From Candidatus Dadabacteria bacterium (GTDB taxonomy: Bacteria; Desulfobacterota_D; UBA1144; Nemesobacterales; CSP1-2): a stretch of 64,000 bases of DNA. The position numbers and the translations under genes are program-made. Below, piece by piece: positions 18,060-28,326 of this stretch; position 1 is the first letter of the stretch, and every line of letters starts with the position of its first letter. Under the pieces are notes generated by a model. The model did no database searches and had not been told where the DNA came from. It was given only the letters and a program-made list of their open reading frames with translations. The stretch lies in NCBI GenBank assembly GCA_963805855.1, contig CAWDVW010000007.1, positions 416,001-480,000 of the forward strand. Reading direction: 5' to 3'.

Positions 18060-19496
18060 ATGAGCGAGAGAGCAAAAAAAACTCAAATCGCGGTAATTGG
18101 AGGGGGTCCTGGGGGATACCCCGCTGCTTTCCTGGCTGCTGATCGTGGACTTAATGTCACTTTAATTGACAATGAAGCTAACCCGGGAGGAGTATGCCTT
18201 TACCGCGGGTGCATACCTTCCAAGGCACTGTTACATGCTGCAAGAGTGATAACTGAGGCAAAGGAGGCGTCAAACTGGGGGATCGGATTTTCGGAGCCGG
18301 TTATCGATATTGATAAACTTCGTAGTTGGAAGGATAACGTCATTAAAAAGATGACTGGCGGGCTCGGTCAGCTATCAAAGCATCGGAAGATCAACTACAT
18401 ACAGGGTCACGCTAAATTCTCGGACAAAAATACTATTGAAATACAGAATCAAAATGGAAGCGAATTATTAGGCTTTGAGTACGCAATCGTAGCTACCGGT
18501 TCACGCCCTGCAAATCTTCCCGATCTTTCAATCGATTCTCGGCGCATACTGGATTCCACAACCGGGTTGGAACTACCAGATGTTCCAAAGAATATGCTGA
18601 TAGTGGGAGGAGGTTACATAGGGCTTGAGCTTGGAACCGTGTATGCGGCTCTTGGCACGAAGGTCTCTGTTGTGGAAATGACATCGGGTTTAATGCCTGG
18701 TGTTGATCGGGATCTTGTCTTGATTCTCTCAAAGAGGTTAGAGAAGATTTTTGACTCCATCATGCTGGACACCAAAGTAGTCGATATGAGTGAAGAGAAA
18801 TCTGGACTGAGGGTTAAATTTGAGGGCTCCAAGGTTAAAAGCAGCGAACAGATATTCGATAAGGTTCTGGTCTCGGTCGGGAGAAGGCCCAATTCCGAGA
18901 ACCTGGGTCTGGAAAATACCCGCGTCAAAACCGATTCCAAAGGCTTCATCCAGGTTGACCAGCAGCGGAAGACTTCGGAACCCACGATATTTGCGATAGG
19001 GGATGTTGCGGGCGAGCCGATGCTGGCACACAAGGCAACGCATGAGGGTAGGGTAGCAGCAGAGGTGATCGCGGGAAACAACGTCGCTTTTGAACCCAAT
19101 GCAATACCGGCGGTAGTATTTACAGACCCCGAGATAGCATGGTGCGGTTTGACCGAGACAAATGCAAAAATGGCAAATCGTCCGGTAAAAATTGCTCGGT
19201 TCCCTTGGGGAGCTTCCGGCAGGGCAACGACCCTGGATCGAAACGACGGAGTGACCAAGCTGATAGTAGACCCGGATACCGAACAGATCCTGGGGGTAGG
19301 TATTGTTGGAACAGGGGCCGGGGAATTGATCGCAGAGGGGGTATTAGCCATCGAAATGGGAGCAAACGTGTCGGATCTCAAGTTGACAATACACCCTCAT
19401 CCGACCCTTTCAGAGACAATTATGGAAGCAGCTGAGGTATTTTTCGGGGAAAGCACCCATGTATATCGGCCGAAAAAATCAGCCGTTAGAAAGTAA
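18060..19496 (+). CDS. lpdA: Dihydrolipoyl dehydrogenase (E3), copy 2
   Basis: GGGPGG, GGVCLYRGCIPSK and HPHPTLSE motifs; in the aceEF operon. Confidence 0.95.
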   Translation: MSERAKKTQIAVIGGGPGGYPAAFLAADRGLNVTLIDNEANPGGVCLYRGCIPSKALLHAARVITEAKEASNWGIGFSEPVIDIDKLRSWKDNVIKKMTGGLGQLSKHRKINYIQGHAKFSDKNTIEIQNQNGSELLGFEYAIVATGSRPANLPDLSIDSRRILDSTTGLELPDVPKNMLIVGGGYIGLELGTVYAALGTKVSVVEMTSGLMPGVDRDLVLILSKRLEKIFDSIMLDTKVVDMSEEKSGLRVKFEGSKVKSSEQIFDKVLVSVGRRPNSENLGLENTRVKTDSKGFIQVDQQRKTSEPTIFAIGDVAGEPMLAHKATHEGRVAAEVIAGNNVAFEPNAIPAVVFTDPEIAWCGLTETNAKMANRPVKIARFPWGASGRATTLDRNDGVTKLIVDPDTEQILGVGIVGTGAGELIAEGVLAIEMGANVSDLKLTIHPHPTLSETIMEAAEVFFGESTHVYRPKKSAVRK

Positions 19497-19542
19497 CAAC
19501 ATGATTCAACTTCGTTACGCTACGCCGTAGACCTCCTTTGAT

Positions 19543-20448
19543 TTATGAGTAAGAATTAATAAAACTCACAACCTCATTTACCATCACCTCAGGGTTCTCC
19601 ATACAGTCGTGTCTTGCATTCGGAACAACTCTCAATCTTATGTTTTTATTCCCCGCCTTTTTCGCTATTTTTACGAGCTCGTCAACCTCCCACTGATCCA
19701 CGATGAAATCATTTTCACCCCTCAAGAAAAGGATTGGTATTTTGATTTTAGGAATATGTTTATGTGCCATAGCACCGCACGCGTGCGGCCCCATCATAAA
19801 CCACCATGTCTTATAGGTGAAAATTTCGTTATTTTTGGGCTCGGGCGTCGGGCCTCTAGCTCTATAAACAACAAATATCTCGTCCCGCTTACTCTTGTGG
19901 GGATCGTCTCCCAGGACACATTTTGCGCTTTCGAATATTTCCTCATATGTCGGTGATCCTCCCCACTTTTCCAAACGGGCCCTCTGTGCTTCAGACGTTG
20001 AATAATGAATTCCTTCCAATACGATTCCCCTCACGTTGTGAGGCCTTCTATTTGCTGTCCAATAAGCAAGCATACTTGCTCCCAGACTATAACCAAGGAT
20101 ATAGATATTATTAAATCCAGTGTCATTGAGAAACTTAAGCGCGGCATCGATATCCATCAGAGTGTCATCGAAGATCCCCTTTCCAGTAAACTGTCCGGCG
20201 AAAGCAAGCCTGGTGTTTAAAGACATAGAACCAAATCCTCGCTCGAGCAGGGCATGGGGCAGGAGGCGAGGAGTTCCCCTTGCCAGAAAGTGACCCAACA
20301 AGCCATGAATTTGGAGTAAAATCGGACTGTCAAGGATTTCCTCTATTTTAACGTAATCCTTGGTGACCAATAGGCTGCTGAGAAAATTCCCATCCGAGGC
20401 TCGAAGCCTTATCAATCTCTGTTTTTCGCGGACTCTTGACTCAGTCAT
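19543..20448 (-). CDS. Alpha/beta-fold hydrolase with an intact Ser-Asp-His triad
   Basis: IHG oxyanion motif, GYSLG nucleophile elbow, GENDFIV, ARHDC. Confidence 0.85.
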   Translation of the reverse strand: MTESRVREKQRLIRLRASDGNFLSSLLVTKDYVKIEEILDSPILLQIHGLLGHFLARGTPRLLPHALLERGFGSMSLNTRLAFAGQFTGKGIFDDTLMDIDAALKFLNDTGFNNIYILGYSLGASMLAYWTANRRPHNVRGIVLEGIHYSTSEAQRARLEKWGGSPTYEEIFESAKCVLGDDPHKSKRDEIFVVYRARGPTPEPKNNEIFTYKTWWFMMGPHACGAMAHKHIPKIKIPILFLRGENDFIVDQWEVDELVKIAKKAGNKNIRLRVVPNARHDCMENPEVMVNEVVSFINSYS

Positions 20449-20487
20449 ATTCCTGCTTTACCAGGAGCTTAGTTGATGCCTTGATAT

Positions 20488-21402
20488 TTAGAACCTTTCG
20501 CCTAACCATTCAATAATTGCTTGCGCCAGTTCCTCATGCTTTCCGTCAAATGAATGGTTAGCATCGATATTCACATGTGTCACATCTTTATTGCCGCTAC
20601 GCTTCGCTATTTCGCAAAGGTCCTCAGATTCTCGACCCTCGATTATTTCGTCCTTCGACGCATGAATTAAAAGTATAGGTGTATGTTTAACATTTCCAAC
20701 CTGTTTATAAGCCTTAGCGCCTTCAGCCTCCGGGCCGGCAAGAGCCCACCACGTTTTCAACGTGTAAATCTCGGTATGTTCGGGGAGGCTTGTAGGTCCA
20801 TGAGCCTTTTTTACTATTATGGTCTCGTCATGGACGCGCTCTTTTTTGTCATCGGGATAGAAGGTTCTTCGTACCCTTTCATAAACCTCGTCGTAACTTG
20901 GTTGGCTCCCAAAACGTTCCCATCTCCTGCGAGTAGTATCAGGCATTGAAAATGGGGTCGCAATCGCTATTGCCCCGCTTAAATCGGGATATCTTTCGAT
21001 GTCGTTTCTAAGCGCGCAGTATCTCAATGCAATACATCCTCCAAGTCCGTGACCTGCAATGATAATTTTCTTGTAACCAACCTTTCTAAGATATTCGCAG
21101 ACAGCATCAATTTGGGGAATAGCGTCATCGAATATTCCAAAACCAAAAAAAAGTCCTAGATTTGCAAGAAGTGTGTTCATCGTAACAGAGGAGAAATCGT
21201 TATCAGCAAGTCTGCTTGGGAGGTAGTGTTCTGTCTCATCCAGGAGGTTTCCAAGGATCCCGTGAAGACGAACAATCACAGGTTTATGCTCCCGGTGATT
21301 TGAATGAGTATCTATATGGTAATGAACGGCGTCAATCTTATGAGAATTAAATGGTATCGATATAATCGTGCCTGAGTATTCTTCCATGTCGTTAAAATTC
21401 AC
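20488..21402 (-). CDS. Alpha/beta-fold hydrolase paralog lacking the nucleophile Ser (GHGLG)
   Basis: LHG, GHGLGG, ASKDEII and ANHSF; collinear similarity with the downstream gene. Confidence 0.8.
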   Translation of the reverse strand: MNFNDMEEYSGTIISIPFNSHKIDAVHYHIDTHSNHREHKPVIVRLHGILGNLLDETEHYLPSRLADNDFSSVTMNTLLANLGLFFGFGIFDDAIPQIDAVCEYLRKVGYKKIIIAGHGLGGCIALRYCALRNDIERYPDLSGAIAIATPFSMPDTTRRRWERFGSQPSYDEVYERVRRTFYPDDKKERVHDETIIVKKAHGPTSLPEHTEIYTLKTWWALAGPEAEGAKAYKQVGNVKHTPILLIHASKDEIIEGRESEDLCEIAKRSGNKDVTHVNIDANHSFDGKHEELAQAIIEWLGERF

Positions 21403-21423
21403 TTACTTTTATCCTCGAAGTGC

Positions 21424-22137
21424 TTATGCTTTTCCATAAACGGGAATACCGGCACCGCTTATAGGCTTTGAATCATCCGAAGAGAGAAAGACTATAACCC
21501 TCGCAATCTCTTCGGGTTTTACCCATTTTGAAAAATCAGCCTCAGGCATATCCCTTCTGTTTGCAGGGGTATCGATGGTGCTTGGAAGCACAGCATTCAC
21601 ATTTATCTCATAATCCTTTGTCTCGTCTGCGATTGTTTCCGTCAGGTTCAAAACCCCGGCCTTTGAAGCGGAGTAGGCACCCACTCCGGCCGAGCCTTTC
21701 AGGGCCGGCCGTGAGGATATATTGATTATTTTCCCATAATTTTGCTCAATCATCCGCGGGAGTACATATTTCGAGCATATAAAAGCAGATTTTAAATTTA
21801 AACTCATCATAAGATCCCAGGTTTTCTCATCCGTGTCCTTTATATAGGAGAAAGCAAAGCCGCCCACAACATTAACAAGGATATCGACCCTTTTAAATTT
21901 CCTAGTAGTATTTGTAATCATGTTGAATACATCCTTCTTCTTTGTAACATCAGCTTTAATAAAAACAATTTTGTCTTTATGCTCACTAGTCAATGAGAGA
22001 CATTCTTTTTTCTCTTTATCAACAATATAAGTACAAACTACCTTCGCACCCTCTTCAAGAAACGCTATGGTGATCGCCTTTCCCAGCGCACCTGTGCCGC
22101 CGGTTACGATTGCTATTTTATTTTTAAGAGTATTCAT
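21424..22137 (-). CDS. SDR family NAD(P)-dependent oxidoreductase
   Basis: TGGTGALG, YSASK, PSTIDTPANR; SD AAGGAG supports the ATG at 22137. Confidence 0.9.
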   Translation of the reverse strand: MNTLKNKIAIVTGGTGALGKAITIAFLEEGAKVVCTYIVDKEKKECLSLTSEHKDKIVFIKADVTKKKDVFNMITNTTRKFKRVDILVNVVGGFAFSYIKDTDEKTWDLMMSLNLKSAFICSKYVLPRMIEQNYGKIINISSRPALKGSAGVGAYSASKAGVLNLTETIADETKDYEINVNAVLPSTIDTPANRRDMPEADFSKWVKPEEIARVIVFLSSDDSKPISGAGIPVYGKA

Positions 22138-22363
22138 TGGTCTCTCCTTAAGCTGTTCGGGTTTTCCCGGCAAATTCAATGATTTCAAAATTAATTTAAT
22201 TCAAGGGATTTATTTTAATCAAATAATGCGATGTCGCAATGATTCAGATGACCAGGGGGAACACATGAACTATGGTTTAATATAGCTTCAATATTCTGCT
22301 TGACATCCCAACTCACATGGTCTTAAAATAGAAAAGCTGAAAAATTCTATCGGAAGGAATAGG

Positions 22364-22699
22364 ATGGATATTCTCATTTCAATGAAGGCAGAAACGATTC
22401 AGAAAGGACTATATATGAATTGCAACATAATGCAGATGCCAACCGCTCAAGCAAAACCCTACTTTATTATGGAGCTCCGAGAAGATAATGAGGTTAAGCT
22501 TAAACTTATCAAACAATATGCTCAAATTCTTCAAGAAAAATTTGATGAAGATGAGGAGTTTTTGATCGAGCACACAAATATCGGGATCATACTTAAGAAA
22601 AGGGTTGATGAAGGCGTGGAATACATGGAAGCGTGGGATAATTGGGTTCTGTTTTCGAGGAAAGTTTATGAAGAACTGGCGGAAATAGTGGGAGAATAA
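22364..22699 (+). CDS. Hypothetical protein (acidic, 111 aa)
   Basis: ORF with an upstream TTGACA..TAAAAT promoter-like site and a purine-rich SD; no recognisable motif. Confidence 0.65.
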   Translation: MDILISMKAETIQKGLYMNCNIMQMPTAQAKPYFIMELREDNEVKLKLIKQYAQILQEKFDEDEEFLIEHTNIGIILKKRVDEGVEYMEAWDNWVLFSRKVYEELAEIVGE

Positions 22700-22854
22700 T
22701 TAACTAAAGTTATCCATTTTATTTCACAAGTATAACGTATATCTCAACTTGCATTTCCATCTATCTTGGCTAATATTCTTTTCACTTTATAAAGAATCCG
22801 CTAACCAACCATTGATATTTTGGCCAATCAGAAAAGCCGGAGAAAAATCACCAT

Positions 22855-25656
22855 ATGGCTGATGAGAAAACTATAGATTATAAGAGTACACTGAACCTTC
22901 CAAGAACTGATTTTAAGATGAAGGCCAACCTTAATCAGATGGAGCCCGAAATTCTAAAAGCCTGGGACAAGCACGAACTATATAAACAGATCAGACACAC
23001 GTCGAAGGGGAATCCCAGATTTATTCTCCATGACGGACCGCCGTATGCGAACGGACACATACACCTTGGTCACTGTTTGAATAAGATACTAAAGGATATT
23101 ATCGTAAAATCGAAGACAATGAGTGGGATGGATTGTTATTTTGTTCCAGGCTGGGATTGCCACGGTCTTCCGATTGAATATCAAGTCACGAAAGATTTAG
23201 GATCTAAGAAGGAAGCCAAAACGATATATGAGATCAGAAATATGTGCAGGGAATATGCCGATAAATTTGTAAACATTCAGCGTGATGAGTTCAAGCGAAT
23301 AGGGATTTTTGGAGATTGGGAGAATCCCTATCTCACTATGGACTTTGACTACGAGGCCACAATAGCCAGTGAGCTCGGAAACTTTATCAAAGCAGGAAAC
23401 GTGTATCGAGGGAAAAAACCGGTGTACTGGTGTTATCATTGTGAGACAGCACTGGCAGAGGCTGAGGTTGAATATGACGATAAGATGTCCCCGTCCATCT
23501 ATGTTAAATTTCCTTTTGATCCTGAGACATTGATTTCAAGATTTCCTTCCCTCAAAGGTAAGAAGGTTTATGCTTTGATTTGGACAACAACCCCCTGGAC
23601 ACTTCCGGCAAATCTGGCTCTTGCTTTTAATCCCGAGTACACATACGTTGCAGTTGATTATAAAGAAGAAGTCCTGATATTGGCAGAAGCACTTGCCGAA
23701 AAAGTCTTGGGAAATGAGATTCAAATAATCGAGAGGTTTAAGGGAAACGAAATGGAGGGGATAGAGGTCAAGCATCCTTTTTATAACAGAAACTCCATGG
23801 TGACGCTCGGAACCTTTGTCACCCTTGATGCTGGCACCGGAATCGTTCATATCGCCCCGGGACATGGACAGGATGACTATGAAATTGGCATGAAGCACAA
23901 TCTTGAGATTTATGCTCCGGTAGATAAAAAGGGTGTATTTACGAATGAAGTCGAATACTTTGCCGGCATGTTCGTCTATGACGCGAACAAAAGTATTATC
24001 GACAAATTAAGAGAGGTTGGAAATCTTCTCGATGAGGGTCATTTGACTCACTCATATCCCCACTGCTGGAGATGTAAGAACCCGATTATTTTCAGGGCTA
24101 CGCCGCAGTGGTTTATATCGATGGAGGAAAACAGTCTGAGGTCGAAGGCGCTAAGGGAAATTGATAAAGTGAAATGGATTCCCCCGTGGGGTAAGGAAAG
24201 GATATACAACATGGTTCAGAATCGCCCGGATTGGTGTGTCTCGAGGCAGAGGGCCTGGGGTGTGCCGATAGCAATCTTCTATTGTTCAGGATGCGACCAC
24301 GCATTACTGGATCCGGAAATTGTTTATCATGTCTCCGAAATTTTTAAAGAGCATGGTTCGGATGTGTGGTTTAAATTAGATGTGAATGAACTTATTCCTG
24401 CCGGAACCAAATGCCCCGAATGCGGCAGTGACAATTTTGTAAAGGAAACCGATATCCTGGATGTCTGGTTTGATTCAGGCGTTAGCTTTTCGTCTGTGCT
24501 TGAAAGAAACCCGGAGCTATATATGCCGGCCGATATGTACCTCGAGGGAAGCGATCAACACCGAGGATGGTTTCACTCAAGTCTGCTTGTGTCGGTGGGA
24601 ACCAGGGATAAGGCACCTTATAAATCAGTCCTCACGCACGGCTTCGTCGTAGACAAGGAAGGCGAAAAGATGTCAAAGTCAAAGGGCAATGTGATTTCTC
24701 CCTCTGACATTCTCGGTAAGTACGGAGCCGAAATACTGAGGTTATGGGTAGCAGCGGAGGATTACAGGGGAGATATTAGAATCTCTACTGAGATACTAGA
24801 TAGACTTATTGAATCGTACAGAAAGATAAGAAATACCTTCCGATACCTCCTCGGAAATCTATTTGATTTTGATCCTTCGAAAGAGCTAGTGGAATATGAC
24901 AACCTTTATGAAATTGACAAATGGATACTCCATAAGCTGGGAACATCAAGCGATACGATTTTGACAGCGTTTGATCGCTATGAATTCCATGTCGTATACC
25001 ATGAGTTGCAAAGGTTTTGCATTGTTGATTTGAGTTCTGTATACATGGATGTTCAAAAGGATCTTCTATACACTTATCATGCAAATTCGCGAAGGAGAAA
25101 ATCTTCTCAAACCGCAATGTATATAATCTTGAGCTGGCTCACAAAACTTTCTGCTCCCATCCTCACATTTACGGCGGATGAGGTTTGGAGATTTATTCCC
25201 GGGATCTTCGAGGAAAGTGTCCATCTCACAACATTCCCGGAAGTTGACTTTATTAATAATGACCTTGAAGAAAAGTGGAATAAGTTGATAGCCTTCAGAG
25301 ACGAGATCTTAAAAGCGCTGGAGATGGCAAGAGGCGATAAACTCATAAGGAGCTCCCTTGAAGCCGGCATTGAGATATACGGCGATCCCGACACTGTCTC
25401 GTTTATATCCGAAAACCTTGAACTAATAAGGGTACTTTCAATTGTATCGCATATAGAAATCCTAGATGAGCCGCCTCAAGGGGTTAATTTCATACATAAA
25501 AGCACTGAATTTGAGAGACTGATCGTAAAGGTCGTGAAAGCACCGGGAGAGAAATGCGAAAGGTGCTGGACCTATAGAATTTCTGTCGGGGACAACCCGG
25601 ATCATCCAACAATTTGTCATGTATGCTTAGATAATCTTGGGGGAAGGGATATTTAA
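22855..25656 (+). CDS. ileS: Isoleucine--tRNA ligase (type 1)
   Basis: HDGPPYANG.IH.GH, GWDCHGLP, WTTTPWT, KMSKS and a C-terminal CERCW..C..C zinc motif. Confidence 0.98.
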   Translation: MADEKTIDYKSTLNLPRTDFKMKANLNQMEPEILKAWDKHELYKQIRHTSKGNPRFILHDGPPYANGHIHLGHCLNKILKDIIVKSKTMSGMDCYFVPGWDCHGLPIEYQVTKDLGSKKEAKTIYEIRNMCREYADKFVNIQRDEFKRIGIFGDWENPYLTMDFDYEATIASELGNFIKAGNVYRGKKPVYWCYHCETALAEAEVEYDDKMSPSIYVKFPFDPETLISRFPSLKGKKVYALIWTTTPWTLPANLALAFNPEYTYVAVDYKEEVLILAEALAEKVLGNEIQIIERFKGNEMEGIEVKHPFYNRNSMVTLGTFVTLDAGTGIVHIAPGHGQDDYEIGMKHNLEIYAPVDKKGVFTNEVEYFAGMFVYDANKSIIDKLREVGNLLDEGHLTHSYPHCWRCKNPIIFRATPQWFISMEENSLRSKALREIDKVKWIPPWGKERIYNMVQNRPDWCVSRQRAWGVPIAIFYCSGCDHALLDPEIVYHVSEIFKEHGSDVWFKLDVNELIPAGTKCPECGSDNFVKETDILDVWFDSGVSFSSVLERNPELYMPADMYLEGSDQHRGWFHSSLLVSVGTRDKAPYKSVLTHGFVVDKEGEKMSKSKGNVISPSDILGKYGAEILRLWVAAEDYRGDIRISTEILDRLIESYRKIRNTFRYLLGNLFDFDPSKELVEYDNLYEIDKWILHKLGTSSDTILTAFDRYEFHVVYHELQRFCIVDLSSVYMDVQKDLLYTYHANSRRRKSSQTAMYIILSWLTKLSAPILTFTADEVWRFIPGIFEESVHLTTFPEVDFINNDLEEKWNKLIAFRDEILKALEMARGDKLIRSSLEAGIEIYGDPDTVSFISENLELIRVLSIVSHIEILDEPPQGVNFIHKSTEFERLIVKVVKAPGEKCERCWTYRISVGDNPDHPTICHVCLDNLGGRDI

Positions 25657-25745
25657 TATAACCCAGCATTCTCTGAGTCAATCAATCACACGTGGTTTGG
25701 ATAAAAATAAACAGAATGTCCTGTTAGGCTTGACGTAATAATCAA

Positions 25746-26816
25746 CTATTCCAAACCTGGCCAGCTCATGATAGGGTCAGTCGAGCTCACAACATGCATC
25801 CCGGCGCTCTCAAATCTTTCAAACGCCATATCAGCCTCCTCCGTATAGTCTATAATTCCCGGAATCACAACAGGCGATGTGCAATCTTCCAATAGATAGA
25901 TCTTTTCTACCAGGCTTTTATCGACTTTCATTACTCCATCCAGCAAATCAGATATTGTCCATGCAACACAATGACTCTTTGCCTGACCGGCTATTACAAT
26001 TGCGTCAAAGGCCCTAAATTCGTGAAGTATTTCCTCTGACTGGGTACTTTTCTGAAATAGGGACTGTGTTCTTAATCCAATGGGTTCACCTTCGGGACCT
26101 GATTTCACTTCCGGGGCTAAAACCGAGTAATGCTCAGTAAAAGGATTATCCCCCTTAACATGAATATGAGGCTGGCTGTACCTTGCGACTGTATGGAAAA
26201 AGATTGCCTCCTCAACAGATGAGACTAAGGCGTGACCGATACCGCCCAACATCGCATGATAGGGCCAGACTGTGAGTTCATATTTCCCCGTTTTTTTCAG
26301 TTCCTCAGTGTAATGAAGTAAATGACTATTAACATACTGTGGACTTCGTTTTATGTTATGGCTCAGCAACTCATTGAATCGCCAGCGACCCTCCCTGATA
26401 TCGTCATGTGAGATCAAGGTAAAAGGGGAGGGGTGCTCTCCATTTTCATCTACAAGAAATATGCTATGGAAAATCTGCATTGCCTGGTGTGTGTCCATCG
26501 TCGGCATGATCTGGGTAATTAGATTCAGATTCCGGTATATGAAATCGCATAATTTTTGATTGTCATGTACCGCGCCTTTTCCAGACCTTCCACCAACAAA
26601 AAGCTCAAATTCCGGAATGCAAAAGGTATTCTGAGCGTCGACAATCACGAGGCAAAGCTTGAAGCTGTCATTACTCGAGGGCTCGATATTATGCTTGTTA
26701 GACCAGTCGCTTGCGGCTTTGGCAATTTTTTGATAATCCACCCTCCATACCCTCGATACCATGTCTGGATCGAAATGGGGAGGAAGCGGAAGCTCATTTT
26801 GGTTCGGCTTAACCAT
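25746..26816 (-). CDS. Isochorismatase-family cysteine hydrolase (large nicotinamidase-like)
   Basis: VDAQNTFC, TMDTH, VWPYH, KG.NP.TEHYS, AGQAKSHCV and LEDCTS motifs. Confidence 0.85.
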   Translation of the reverse strand: MVKPNQNELPLPPHFDPDMVSRVWRVDYQKIAKAASDWSNKHNIEPSSNDSFKLCLVIVDAQNTFCIPEFELFVGGRSGKGAVHDNQKLCDFIYRNLNLITQIMPTMDTHQAMQIFHSIFLVDENGEHPSPFTLISHDDIREGRWRFNELLSHNIKRSPQYVNSHLLHYTEELKKTGKYELTVWPYHAMLGGIGHALVSSVEEAIFFHTVARYSQPHIHVKGDNPFTEHYSVLAPEVKSGPEGEPIGLRTQSLFQKSTQSEEILHEFRAFDAIVIAGQAKSHCVAWTISDLLDGVMKVDKSLVEKIYLLEDCTSPVVIPGIIDYTEEADMAFERFESAGMHVVSSTDPIMSWPGLE

Positions 26817-26983
26817 AGAATTGATATTTTACATATCGCCTGTAGAAACGTAAATATCATTTCTCGGTGGCGAGGGAGAATATTAGGTTTAATATGAGTG
26901 GTGATATCACCGTAGACGTTAGATCTTTGGGGGGCTAGAATCTATAGGTATTTATTTCAAATTAACCATAACTTTTACAATAT

Positions 26984-27290
26984 TTACTTTGTCTTGATGC
27001 AAAGTAACAACCCTTCGACTGTGCTCAGGACAAGGGCTAACAAAAAATGCTTGCGTATCGAGCGAATGCGAGATATCAATTGCTAAAATATTTAATTAGT
27101 TCTCTCAGTCACTTTGTTCCTTCGAGAGATGACAGTAATGATCGTCACTTTTTTTAACGCTTCCGGAATTGATTTTGGTAATTTTTTGAATGCCCATTTA
27201 AACCAATTCAATTGGGCGAAGGTTCAGGAAATAGTGCGTTAAAAATTAAGATGTTATCCACAAATAATGTGACATCTCCAGCAATGACTG
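26984..27290 (+). repeat. Dispersed structured element, copy 2, carrying nested REP-like insertions
   Basis: Shares TTTGTCTTGAT.CAAAG.AACAA, CAAGGGCT.ACAAAAAAT, TTTTTAACGCT..GGAATTGATTTTGG.AATTTTTTGAATGCCC and ACATCT.CAGCAATGAC with 5283-5492. Confidence 0.75.
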
Positions 27291-27425
27291 CGGGGTCGGA
27301 CGTGATTGACAGCGGGGACACTATAGCAATTTAGAGGGAATTGACTAGTTAAATAAATCTTGTACAAACACCGTTTCGATAACATCACGGTTTGTAATCT
27401 CTGAAAATCCGCTTCAGGTTATCAT

Positions 27426-28187
27426 TTATTTTTGGGCGAGGAGTTTATCAATTTCTGCCTTAAACGCCTGAAACGGCTGTGCTCCGCGGATGTATACACC
27501 GGTCATTTCATTTTGGTCATCTTCGGTTTTTCCGATGAAGAAACTCGGGGTCCCCCTCACGCCGTATAATTGACCTTCCTGAAAGTCTTTATTAATCTCG
27601 GTTTCTTTTGACTTATCGTTCAGACATTTCTCAAATTTCTCGCGATTTAGATTTAACTGATCTGTCGAGCTTAGTATGCTGGCGGTATCGAGCTTATCAG
27701 GGTTTTCAAATAAAAAGTCGTGGACTCCCCAGTATTTTCCCTGTTCCTGAGCACAGTTGGCAGCAATGGCAGCGGGAAGGGCATTTTTATGAAATTCCAG
27801 TGGATAGTCTCTGAACACAAGCCTGACTTTCCCTGTGCTGATATATTCTTTATCCAAAGATGGCAAGACCTGATCATAAAACCTTTTGCAGAACGGACAT
27901 TGGAAATCACTAAACTCAATTATCGTTACGGGTGCCTTTGGATCCCCCTTTATAGGGTCGTCATCTACACTAACTTTAACATTTTGAGGACTGGGCGGGG
28001 TTGGAGGTGTGGAAGGCCGAGTCGCAGCTAACTTCTTCAACTCTACAACCGCGGTGGAAATTTCTTGATTCCGCACAGTCATGTCGGTCTTGACTGATTC
28101 CAATTCTCGGAGTATCCATGCACTAAGCACGATGCTTATTAAAACACCAACGGTGATCAATCCTAAAAATATCTTCATAAATGGCAT
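27426..28187 (-). CDS. Membrane-anchored DsbA/BdbD-family thiol:disulfide oxidoreductase
   Basis: N-terminal TM helix, EFSDFQCPFC, GVRGTPSF. Confidence 0.9.
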   Translation of the reverse strand: MPFMKIFLGLITVGVLISIVLSAWILRELESVKTDMTVRNQEISTAVVELKKLAATRPSTPPTPPSPQNVKVSVDDDPIKGDPKAPVTIIEFSDFQCPFCKRFYDQVLPSLDKEYISTGKVRLVFRDYPLEFHKNALPAAIAANCAQEQGKYWGVHDFLFENPDKLDTASILSSTDQLNLNREKFEKCLNDKSKETEINKDFQEGQLYGVRGTPSFFIGKTEDDQNEMTGVYIRGAQPFQAFKAEIDKLLAQK

Positions 28188-28208
28188 CTCCCTAAAAAGT
28201 GTTAAGTT

Positions 28209-28236
28209 ATTTTAATTTATCTATGCATAATATCAA
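28209..28236 (-). promoter_or_regulatory. Putative sigma70 promoter of the DsbA-family gene
   Basis: TTGATA-N16-TAAAAT. Confidence 0.5.
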
Positions 28237-28326
28237 TACATGTAAAAGCATCCCGCAGTTCTTGACATTGGGATTCCTAATAGAAATAATCAAGATGGGA
28301 TCTACAATCAATCGGCTCTTTTTAAC

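Noticed and set aside
18614..19381. 255-aa antisense ORF, and similar ORFs opposite ftsH, ahcY, glmM and others
   Set aside because: These are shadow frames of conserved genes with no independent motifs.
22700..22854. T-box leader for ileS
   Set aside because: The leader is short and has no T-box consensus or terminator.
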